From Bacillota bacterium (GTDB taxonomy: Bacteria > Bacillota > Clostridia > Saccharofermentanales > DTU023), in assembly GCA_023389255.1 (NCBI GenBank), contig JAEWER010000037.1, positions 65,833-129,832 on the forward strand: a DNA stretch of 64,000 nt, given 5' to 3'. Shown here one piece after another: positions 9,375 to 17,213 of the stretch. Under the pieces are notes generated by a model, which ran no database searches, was not told the DNA's origin, and saw only the letters and a list, made by a program, of their open reading frames with translations. The first letter of the stretch is position 1, and every line of letters starts with the position of its first letter. A program made the position numbers and the translations under genes.

Positions 9375-9399
9375 ACGCCACCAGCATGTCTGGTGGCGT
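9375..9399 (+). terminator. Perfect 10-bp stem-loop between yedF and the DUF3343 gene (possible weak terminator or mRNA stabiliser)
   Basis: ACGCCACCAG-CATGT-CTGGTGGCGT followed by the U-containing tract AUGAUUAUUGUAU. It ends 12 nt before the DUF3343 ATG. Confidence 0.4.
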
Positions 9400-9410
9400 A
9401 TGATTATTGT

Positions 9411-9737
9411 ATGCATGAATACTTAGTTACTTTTCACACTCATTTTGCTTCTTTGCGCTTCAAGCGCTTTTGTCAAAAAGCAGGTTACTCAGTTCAGTTA
9501 ATGCCTGTTCCTCGTAGCCTAAGTAGCAGTTGTGGTACTTGTGCCAGCTATCAGCGTGCGCCTCTAACTTTAGAAACCCTGCACTCACAAAATCAGCTCG
9601 TTTTACCTATCCAACATAATTCTGAGACGGCAATTGAATTGCTAGCCGATGCGCCTGAATTGCAACTAGCCGATATCGACCAAATTTTACGCGTACAAGA
9701 CGATAATTATTTATTACTCGCTAATTCAGAAGCCTAA
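9411..9737 (+). CDS. DUF3343-like small protein (putative S/Se carrier-like)
   Basis: MHEYLVTFHTHFASLRFKRFCQKAGY...PVPRSLSSSCGTCASY matches the DUF3343 pattern as I recall it. The start is uncertain (ATG 9411 or GTG 9393) and there is no clear RBS. Confidence 0.6.
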   Translation: MHEYLVTFHTHFASLRFKRFCQKAGYSVQLMPVPRSLSSSCGTCASYQRAPLTLETLHSQNQLVLPIQHNSETAIELLADAPELQLADIDQILRVQDDNYLLLANSEA

Positions 9738-9756
9738 GCAGACGAAAATCCTGAGC

Positions 9757-11529
9757 TTAGTTTTCATCCAGACTTTCCACACAACAAATATTTTTTAGCG
9801 ACAAATCGATACGTGATTGATCTTCTTCTGAGATCAAAACCACTAGATAGTCGCCACCTTTGAGTACATTTTCACCTTTAGGGATCAGTTCTGCTCCTCC
9901 CCTTTTGATAGCGACAATCAAAAGATGGCTTGGCCAAGCAATATCTTTGATGCATTTGTTATCAGCTAAACTGTTATGCACCACAGCATACTCTAACAAT
10001 AATCGTTTACGATTTTTGATTAAAAGTTGTGCTTTGGCTATTTGACTGTCTGCAGTTTGGTTATCAGTATTTATTGCAGTACCAACTAGAGTATTAGTCT
10101 TGAGTTGTAGCTTAGTTGCCTCTGGCACATCTTGTCTTTCGCTTTCTCCATGGTCAGCTTTCTCAGTTAAGGTTGTATTAGCACCCACATGTCCTAGCTC
10201 TTGAGCATTTCTTTTCTTTTCTAAAATCAGCTCGAGCAGACTTTCGTAAATGGGTTCCAAATTGAAAAATTCGACAGTGAGATAGGAAACAACGCTGACT
10301 AAAGCTAGGGGCAATAAATGTTCAAACGTGCCCGTCATTTCACAGATCAACAGTATTCCCGTTACGGGAGCACGTACGATGCCAGCAAAGTGTCCTGCCA
10401 TAGCAAAGGAAATAAGGAAAATGACATGTTCAGCTGCTAGCAAATTCATCTGTACTAAGACGGTGCCAAAAATATCTCCCACCAAAGAACCTAGCACTAA
10501 CAGGGGGAAGAAAATACCACCAGGCAAACCAGAGCAAAACGCTAATATGAGAAGCACAAATTTCACGCCATAGTAAAAAATCTGTTGGCTTAAAGTCAGT
10601 TTTCCTAACACAGCTGCTCCGATGAGAGTTTGACCTGAACCAAAAAGTGGTAAATGCCAGCAAACTAGAATTACAGTAGCTACAAACGGAATAATGGTCT
10701 TAAGAAAGATTGGCAACTTCAATTTGTCGTAGGCACGTTTACCCCAAATAATTAAACGATTAAAGGCAATTGCTGATAAGCCTACTAGAACGCCTAAAAG
10801 GACAATATAAAAATAACGATGTAAAGGGAAATGACCGGTTAAGTTGAAATGCAATTCTGGTCTCAAGCCAAAAATATTTTTCGTGATAAAATCGGCTGTT
10901 ATTGCGCCTGTCATGGCAGAAATCAAAGCGAGAGCAGAAAAATTGCGATGCACTTCTTCTAGTGCGAATACGATGCCTGCAACTGGTGCCGAAAAAGCGG
11001 CCGCTAAACCAGAAGCTGCGCCTGTTGACAACAAATATTTATGTTCAATCGTAGGCCTCCTCAAAAGTGAAGCCACCGCTTCACCGCAAGCTGCACCTAT
11101 CTGTACTGATGGACCTTCTCTACCAAGAGTCAGACCTGAACCTAAAGTGAGAAAGCCACCCACAATTTTAGCTGGTAATACTCGCTGCCAAGATAACTTC
11201 AACATACCAGATATAATTCCTGCTACCTGCGGAATACCTGAACCAGAAATCATCGGTTCAAAACGTAATAACACACCACTAAAAATAGCGATAATCACTG
11301 CACCCAACACAGCTATGGTAATACCAACCCAACTTTTACTCGCCAGCTCTAGCCAGTGGCTACTCAGCTCCTGCAATTGCTCCAGCACTAAACGCACGGA
11401 GACGATCACCACACCTACTACTGCACCGACTAAAATACCTTCAAGTGCCAGACGTGACTTTAGTTGTTTTCTACTGCATAATTCATGCTCAATTTGACCT
11501 GGTATTTTTCTGCCCAATAACTTCTTCAT
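9757..11529 (-). CDS. ClC-family chloride channel / H+-Cl- antiporter with a C-terminal TrkA-C domain
   Basis: GREGPSVQIGA and GGIFFPLL selectivity motifs; C-terminal ...LIPKGENVLKGGDYLVVLISEED (TrkA-C). ATG at 11529 has an AGTGGAG RBS. Confidence 0.85.
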   Translation of the reverse strand: MKKLLGRKIPGQIEHELCSRKQLKSRLALEGILVGAVVGVVIVSVRLVLEQLQELSSHWLELASKSWVGITIAVLGAVIIAIFSGVLLRFEPMISGSGIPQVAGIISGMLKLSWQRVLPAKIVGGFLTLGSGLTLGREGPSVQIGAACGEAVASLLRRPTIEHKYLLSTGAASGLAAAFSAPVAGIVFALEEVHRNFSALALISAMTGAITADFITKNIFGLRPELHFNLTGHFPLHRYFYIVLLGVLVGLSAIAFNRLIIWGKRAYDKLKLPIFLKTIIPFVATVILVCWHLPLFGSGQTLIGAAVLGKLTLSQQIFYYGVKFVLLILAFCSGLPGGIFFPLLVLGSLVGDIFGTVLVQMNLLAAEHVIFLISFAMAGHFAGIVRAPVTGILLICEMTGTFEHLLPLALVSVVSYLTVEFFNLEPIYESLLELILEKKRNAQELGHVGANTTLTEKADHGESERQDVPEATKLQLKTNTLVGTAINTDNQTADSQIAKAQLLIKNRKRLLLEYAVVHNSLADNKCIKDIAWPSHLLIVAIKRGGAELIPKGENVLKGGDYLVVLISEEDQSRIDLSLKNICCVESLDEN

Positions 11530-11578
11530 GCTTAGCTCCACTCTTTTATTACAGAACGCAGGCAGGAATTTTGCAAGT

Positions 11579-11605
11579 AAAAAAAGCTACTCACGTAGAG
11601 TAGCT
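11579..11605 (-). terminator. Rho-independent terminator immediately 3' of tRNA-Gln
   Basis: 9-bp stem AAGCTACTC/GAGTAGCTT with a 5-nt loop, followed by a U-run on the minus strand. Confidence 0.7.
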
Positions 11606-11679
11606 TGGCTGCCGAACAAGGATTCGAACCTTGACAAACGGAGTCAGAGTCCGGTGTGCTACCGTTACACCATTCGGCA
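11606..11679 (-). tRNA. tRNA-Gln (anticodon CUG), CCA encoded
   Basis: Minus strand reads TGCCGAA-TG-GTGT-AACGGTA-GCAC-A-CCGGA-CTCTGAC-TCCGT-TTGT-CAAGG-TTCGAAT-CCTTG-TTCGGCA-G-CCA. Cloverleaf folded by hand. The 7-nt anticodon loop is C-U-CUG-A-C. Confidence 0.85.
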
Positions 11680-11772
11680 AGATGTGTCAGTTAACTTGTA
11701 GATCATATCACTTCCCACTACTTGAACGCAATTGATAAAATAAAAGAAGTTTACGAGATAGGTGGTTAACGT

Positions 11773-12840
11773 ATGGCATCTGTGCCCGACTTTTCATGTT
11801 TAGATACATTTAACTTTACAGATAAACCAACGCCACGTACTGCGGTACCCAGCCTAACTGTGCTCTTGCCGTGCTACAACGAACAAGCACAACTTTCTAC
11901 AACCTTTAGCAAATTAACTGCGATTTTAGGCGATCAAGTGGAACAAGGTAGAATCAGCGCTTACGAAATATTGCTGGTCGATGATGGCTCAAGTGATCTC
12001 TCCTGGCAATTAATCAGTAAAGCGTCTGAGATTGATAGTCACATCAGAGGGCTACGTCTATCGCGTAACTTTGGTAAAGAAATTGCTTGGGTGGCTGGTC
12101 TACGTAACCTTAAGACTAATGTAGTCGTATTGATGGATTGCGATTTACAGCATCCCCCTGAGTGCATAGCTGAAATGATTGATGGCTGGTACGAGGGCTA
12201 CGATATCGTAGAGGGTGTAAAAAGTGATAGGGGCAAAGAGTCATTCTTTTCCAAACTCAACGCCAATACCTTTTACGGCTTATTTAAGCATTACACTGGT
12301 TTTCAACTAAAAGATGCGTCAGATTTCAAATTACTCGATCAGAGCGTCTACGAAAAATGGTCACTGCTGGATGAAAAAGCACCCTTCTTCCGTGGTCAGT
12401 CAGCCTGGTTGGGCTTCAAGCGTAAAACCTTTACTTTTGAGGTGCAAGAGCGTGAATTTGGCACCAGTCGTTGGTCCGTTTGGAATCTATTACGTCTGAG
12501 TTTAGATGCAATCACTGGCTTTTCTGCTAAACCTCTGTTTGCCAGTGCTTTTATTGGCTTATTCTTTCTCCTGTTATTTTTTGTAATCGCTATTCAAACA
12601 CTGATTAAATTCTTTAGCGGTACAGCTGTAACAGGGTTTACTACAGTAATCATGTTAGAGCTGTTAATCGGTGGTTTAATTACTTTGAGTTTAGGTCTTG
12701 TAGGTATCTACATAGCACGTATTTTTGACGAAGTTAAAAAGCGTCCGCTTTTCGTTATCAGTGAATCTGTAGGCGAACCTCTTTGTGATACCACCGCTAA
12801 AAATAACGAAACACAACAACACACAACACAACAAGGATAA
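11773..12840 (+). CDS. Family-2 glycosyltransferase (polyprenyl-phosphate sugar transferase, GtrB/ArnC-like) with C-terminal TM helices
   Basis: LTVLLPCYNE...LLVDDGSSD...MDCDLQHPP; two C-terminal hydrophobic helices. Confidence 0.8.
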   Translation: MASVPDFSCLDTFNFTDKPTPRTAVPSLTVLLPCYNEQAQLSTTFSKLTAILGDQVEQGRISAYEILLVDDGSSDLSWQLISKASEIDSHIRGLRLSRNFGKEIAWVAGLRNLKTNVVVLMDCDLQHPPECIAEMIDGWYEGYDIVEGVKSDRGKESFFSKLNANTFYGLFKHYTGFQLKDASDFKLLDQSVYEKWSLLDEKAPFFRGQSAWLGFKRKTFTFEVQEREFGTSRWSVWNLLRLSLDAITGFSAKPLFASAFIGLFFLLLFFVIAIQTLIKFFSGTAVTGFTTVIMLELLIGGLITLSLGLVGIYIARIFDEVKKRPLFVISESVGEPLCDTTAKNNETQQHTTQQG

Positions 12841-12850
12841 GAGCTAAATT

Positions 12851-13738
12851 ATGGATGGTTACGAAGCACGTTTATTTTTTACTGAAATACAAGAGATAGG
12901 TATGGTAGATTTGCATCTACATTCAACCTATTCCGATGGCACACAAGAACCTGTATCTTTAGTATTTCAAGCGCTCTTCAATCATCTGTCTTACATCTCG
13001 ATTACCGATCACGATACCTTAGAGGCATACGACAATTTGGATTCTATAAATTTATACAATCTTCAGCTTATTACCCAAAAATCTGATGTAGTCTTAAATC
13101 TGCTCCCTGGTATCGAAATTTCTACTGTTTGGCAAGATAAAACCTTGCACCTGCTTGCCTATTTCCCAGAGCACACACAAGCAAAACTTCTCCCTTTTTT
13201 GGATGAGCAATTAGAGACTCGTGCCCAAAGAAATATTACACTTGGCACAAAGTTGCGAGAACTGGGCTATCCCCTACCAAAAGATTTTTTTACGAAAGCT
13301 AGTATGGGTAGATCACATGTAGCGCGTTGGTTGGTAGAGAATGGATATTTTACCGATATTGAGAGCGTTTTCAATAATTTATTAACACCAGGTAAACCTG
13401 GATATGTTGCCAGAAAGCCCCTATCGCTTGAGGTTGCCATCAACGAAGTGCGATCTGTGGGTGGAGTTCCTGTAGTTGCACATCCACATCTCTACGGCTG
13501 GGTAGATGATGCCAATAGCACTAAAAAATTAGAACGAAAACTAGCCGAACTAAAAGAAATCGGTCTTTTAGGGGTTGAAACAATTCACTCCAGCTCTAGC
13601 CAACGCCAAAGAGAGCAGTTGGCTAAAGTTGCTAAAAAATTAAAATTAGCATCCACGGCGGGCAGTGATTATCATGGTGAAAACAAGAAAAATCACGAGA
13701 TGTTCTCAGCCCTGCCCGATTACTTCTATCGCCGATAA
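12851..13738 (+). CDS. PHP-domain phosphoesterase (TrpH/YciV-like)
   Basis: VDLHLHSTYSDGT...ITDHDT...VVAHP...GSDYHG metal-binding motifs. The true start may be M18 at 12902. Confidence 0.75.
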   Translation: MDGYEARLFFTEIQEIGMVDLHLHSTYSDGTQEPVSLVFQALFNHLSYISITDHDTLEAYDNLDSINLYNLQLITQKSDVVLNLLPGIEISTVWQDKTLHLLAYFPEHTQAKLLPFLDEQLETRAQRNITLGTKLRELGYPLPKDFFTKASMGRSHVARWLVENGYFTDIESVFNNLLTPGKPGYVARKPLSLEVAINEVRSVGGVPVVAHPHLYGWVDDANSTKKLERKLAELKEIGLLGVETIHSSSSQRQREQLAKVAKKLKLASTAGSDYHGENKKNHEMFSALPDYFYRR

Positions 13739-13740
13739 GC

Positions 13741-15288
13741 TTATTTACCAACTGCATATACAGTGGGGTAATCTTGGTAGTAACCAGTAACTATTGCCTC
13801 CCTGTCTACTTCAACACCGTCCACATAGTAGATACGCCAGGTCCTGGTTTGCTGTCCTGAGATGCCCTGCTTAATTAACTTGCGCTCGCCAGGCGCTAGA
13901 TTGGGATCTACTTTTTCTTGAACTTCTGGTTCTACGTAGCCTAAGTGTTCAACTTCTAGATCGATGGTAGCTCCTTGCGGATTCGCAGGACCATAAATGG
14001 AATAAGTTACCTCGTTGCCATTCATTTCTGCACAAATTGCATAGGGATAATCTGTAGGATTGCTTAAAATCAGATCTGCCCAATCTTCGATCATGGCATC
14101 CATCCCAGGATCACAATAAGCGGATACTAAACCGTGGTTATGATATTCCACAAAATCTAAATTAGCTTTGGCAGCCGCCTGAAATAATGTGGAGCTGACT
14201 TGACACAAACCGCCACCTATACCTTGCTCTACTCTATCCTCAATCTCAACAGCAGCTGGCATGTAACCGTTTTCTTCTGTCATGGGATTGATTTGTTGCA
14301 GAAGTGAATAGGTATCGTGCGGTTGTATCACTGTACCATTGATGCGCTGAGTACCCAAACGTACATTGTTGTTACGTGCCTCAGCTGAGTAGGGCAAGTA
14401 CGTTGTAGCAGTACTCACTAAGCCCAGACCCTGATTCATCTCTGCGCTGCTGGCAGTAACAGGCACCTGCTTAAACGGTAATTTTATCTGTGTTTTAAGA
14501 TCACCTTTTTGCAGCTGGGTGCTGATCGCCTGATAAAGCTCATCTTGCTTTAATTCACGACCAGCCATACCCTCATCAAAAAGGAATGTTTTACTTGCTA
14601 AATCAAAGCCAGTAACCTGTGGCTTGCTAGAATCTCTATTACACTGCTTGGCAAGACGCTTGATCTCTTGTTTGAGTAGTTCCTGATTAAAAGTTAACTT
14701 GGGAGTTAATTCTATCTTTTGCGTTCTCTTGTATTGCAATGCCTCTTGATAGATAGCATCATTGGCAAAATCTAACTCGATATTTGCTGGCTCTATCGCT
14801 AAAGCTAGAGCATATTCACTTGCTTGCTCATCTATAGTTTTTTCTTTGTTTAGCCCTTTTTGATAGACACCATCTGCTTGATCTTGTTTGCTAGCGTTAT
14901 TGACTAACTTATTTTCTTCTCCTTTGGCCGCTTTTTCGGCATTATGCTCCGCTTCATTGGCTAATTTCTGTAAATGAACTTTCGCTCTTTCTGTCAGTTC
15001 TGCTTGCTCTTTTTCTAAACCCGTAAGAGGCAGGGTTACAGGCATCATCTTTTGGTAGTTAGCATTAGATGCAATAAAGCGATCAAAATCTAATTTGCTC
15101 ATACCTTTGAGACTTTGTCCTAACAGGTAGACATCACTTGTGATCCGCTCCACTTTCTCTGCCGTTGTTGCAGGTTGCGTACCTTCAGTCTTATCTGCTG
15201 TAGTGTGAGCGTATTTGTACCACAGCAATGCAACAAGTAGCAGAATGAGTACCAGTAAAGAGCTTGCAATTATTTTCAAAAGACGCAT
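13741..15288 (-). CDS. VanW-family protein with a C-terminal G5 domain; N-terminal membrane anchor
   Basis: GGGLCQVSSTLFQAA (VanW signature). C-terminal PGERKLIKQGISGQQTRTWRIYYVDGVEV is G5-like. Confidence 0.75.
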   Translation of the reverse strand: MRLLKIIASSLLVLILLLVALLWYKYAHTTADKTEGTQPATTAEKVERITSDVYLLGQSLKGMSKLDFDRFIASNANYQKMMPVTLPLTGLEKEQAELTERAKVHLQKLANEAEHNAEKAAKGEENKLVNNASKQDQADGVYQKGLNKEKTIDEQASEYALALAIEPANIELDFANDAIYQEALQYKRTQKIELTPKLTFNQELLKQEIKRLAKQCNRDSSKPQVTGFDLASKTFLFDEGMAGRELKQDELYQAISTQLQKGDLKTQIKLPFKQVPVTASSAEMNQGLGLVSTATTYLPYSAEARNNNVRLGTQRINGTVIQPHDTYSLLQQINPMTEENGYMPAAVEIEDRVEQGIGGGLCQVSSTLFQAAAKANLDFVEYHNHGLVSAYCDPGMDAMIEDWADLILSNPTDYPYAICAEMNGNEVTYSIYGPANPQGATIDLEVEHLGYVEPEVQEKVDPNLAPGERKLIKQGISGQQTRTWRIYYVDGVEVDREAIVTGYYQDYPTVYAVGK

Positions 15289-15302
15289 GATTTTCCTCTG
15301 CT

Positions 15303-15337
15303 AAAAAAATAGCTAGATTACCGAAGCAATCTAGCTA
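15303..15337 (-). terminator. Rho-independent terminator of the NlpC/P60 gene
   Basis: 9-bp stem TAGCTAGAT/ATCTAGCTA with a 10-nt loop, followed by seven U on the minus strand. Confidence 0.8.
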
Positions 15338-15359
15338 GAAAACTTTAATTTATTGACAA

Positions 15360-16931
15360 CTAGTAGACAACACGGCGCACAGTATACAAGCGATTGAGAT
15401 AGTATGCACTATCTAGTCTGCTGGTGATAACACCTACACTATCATCAGATGCGTGCACAAAGAGATTGTTTCCAATGTAAATTCCTGAATGGTACACTCT
15501 TCCGCTACTAGCGAAGCAGACAATGTCTCCCGGCACCAATTTGGAATAATCAGATCCTGGGGTAAAATCAATTGCCTTACCCTCTAAGGCTTGTGCATCA
15601 GCAGTACGAGAAATACTGATTCCTTGTTGTGCATAGAGATAGTACACCATGCCCGAACAGTCAAAACCACTAGGTGAAGTACCACCATAAACATAAGGAA
15701 CATTTACCTCAGCAAAATGGATAGCTTGGTTGGCAATATTCTGACCTGTGGTAGTTCCTGAATTAGCATCTTCTGCTGGCTGTTTAGCTTCTTCGAGATT
15801 ATCTTTCTCTTCTGCTTCTTTCTTCTCGTTTTCTTTGGCTTCCTCTTGCTCTTTTTCTACATCGATATATTCATCTGTTAAAAGATCGCTACGGATATAA
15901 CCAGTAATGGTCTGCTCACCCTTAGTTGCAACTATTTTGTACCAAGTCTCGTTCTGTGAGTTGGTGGCAACACCTTTTAATTCAACAGCTGTACCATAGT
16001 AGAGCTCAGTTACGACATCACTATTAGTTGATGAACCAGAACGTACATTTACACCATAACTTGAATTAACATACATAGTGCCAGAAGTAGCTTCAAACTC
16101 TTCTTCAGCGGGCACTTCCACGGGCTTTTCAGGCGCTTTGGGCATCTCTACATCCTTTTCATCTGTGCTCAAATAAGCACTGTAGACATAGCCCTCCGCC
16201 TCTTCGTCTTTGATGGTTACTTTCGACCAGGTATCACCACTTGCCAAAACAGTCTTAATCTCGTGTACAACTGTTCCTGGTTTTAATTCTTTGATTACTG
16301 ACGCCTCGAAAGAATAATTCTCTCTTAGTAACAGATCGGTGGTGACATACTTATCGACGCCAGTTTCAGTTTCTTCAACAGCTGGAGTATCTGGTTCAGT
16401 ATTACTATCGCTGTTGTTATCACTGTTTTCATCTACCACTACTTTGTCAGAGTTAGACTCACTCACAGGCTTTTCTACCACTTCTTGAGTGGGAGCTTCC
16501 GTTTCAGCAGGCTTAGGCGCTTCTGTCTTAACAATCTGTGGTTCTGCTTCGGTTGCTTTAACTTTCTTGTCAGCTGTAGCTACGGGCTTGGTCGCTTGGC
16601 TACTAACTTTTTTACCACGATACTGCGGAACACCCTTATCCTTAACTGTGAGTTCTTTCTTGGCTAAGGGAGAAATATTCAAAACTGGTTTTTTAGTAGG
16701 ATTAGTAATTTTCGCTACCTTGTTACCCTGGCGCTGAAAGATCGCTGAAGAACGAATTTGGGGTAAGAAGAGAGCCACCAAAACGAATACGCTCAACAAC
16801 AGACCAGTGATTACTGGTAATCCTATACGAATTAATTTACTGCTAAAGCCACGTTCTAACACACCTACTTCCGTGTATTGCGTGGCATCCTGCCTGAGTT
16901 GGTCGTTATCATGTTTACGAAAAATCATCAT
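15360..16931 (-). CDS. NlpC/P60 (C40) cell-wall endopeptidase with SH3b-like repeats and acidic low-complexity linkers
   Basis: C-terminal GFDCSGMVYYLY...VCFASSGRVYHSGIYIG (Cys/His catalytic pattern) and an N-terminal TM anchor. Confidence 0.85.
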   Translation of the reverse strand: MMIFRKHDNDQLRQDATQYTEVGVLERGFSSKLIRIGLPVITGLLLSVFVLVALFLPQIRSSAIFQRQGNKVAKITNPTKKPVLNISPLAKKELTVKDKGVPQYRGKKVSSQATKPVATADKKVKATEAEPQIVKTEAPKPAETEAPTQEVVEKPVSESNSDKVVVDENSDNNSDSNTEPDTPAVEETETGVDKYVTTDLLLRENYSFEASVIKELKPGTVVHEIKTVLASGDTWSKVTIKDEEAEGYVYSAYLSTDEKDVEMPKAPEKPVEVPAEEEFEATSGTMYVNSSYGVNVRSGSSTNSDVVTELYYGTAVELKGVATNSQNETWYKIVATKGEQTITGYIRSDLLTDEYIDVEKEQEEAKENEKKEAEEKDNLEEAKQPAEDANSGTTTGQNIANQAIHFAEVNVPYVYGGTSPSGFDCSGMVYYLYAQQGISISRTADAQALEGKAIDFTPGSDYSKLVPGDIVCFASSGRVYHSGIYIGNNLFVHASDDSVGVITSRLDSAYYLNRLYTVRRVVY

Positions 16932-17061
16932 TCCTCCAACTTGGCTTCACACGTCCTAATCGCATATTATACATTTGCTGTCACTTCGTAAAGTAGAACC
17001 ATTGGCAGATTCAAAAACTCTACGCATCTCATGCAACAATAGAACCGTGCGAGCGGTTGAA

Positions 17062-17091
17062 TTGTCTATATAGCTTAATCAGTTATATAAT
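17062..17091 (+). promoter_or_regulatory. Candidate sigma-A promoter for the PBP1A gene
   Basis: TTGTCT, 18-nt spacer, TATAAT (or a 16-nt spacer to TATATA). Lies about 120 nt upstream of the ATG. Confidence 0.4.
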
Positions 17092-17213
17092 AAAGCGATC
17101 CCGTGTTTTATTACACGGTAGCAAACTGACTGAAATAATTCTGCAATATTAAAATTGCATTGTCAAACAGAAATATGCATCTGGTTTTCCACCAGTCATA
17201 TACGAGGAAATAA

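Noticed and set aside
6680-9737. Selenocysteine recoding (in-frame TGA) in or near the S/Se cluster
   Set aside because: All ORFs in the cluster are continuous. No pair of adjacent same-frame ORFs is separated by a single TGA, and no SECIS-like hairpin was evident after a TGA.
11530-11605. Fluoride (crcB-motif) riboswitch upstream of the ClC gene
   Set aside because: The spacer of about 75 nt is occupied by the tRNA-Gln terminator hairpin and lacks the conserved riboswitch segments such as CUGAUGA. The channel carries a TrkA-C domain typical of ordinary ClC proteins.
13736-13743. Convergent PHP and VanW genes separated by 2 bp with no terminator
   Set aside because: Noted as an oddity only. 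There is no sequence feature to interpret, and termination may occur inside the opposing genes.
17071-17100. AT-rich TATATA/TATAAT tract as a dif or oriC-type element
   Set aside because: It does not match the Bacillota dif consensus, and there are no DnaA-box clusters or a dnaA gene nearby. It is better explained as the PBP1A promoter.
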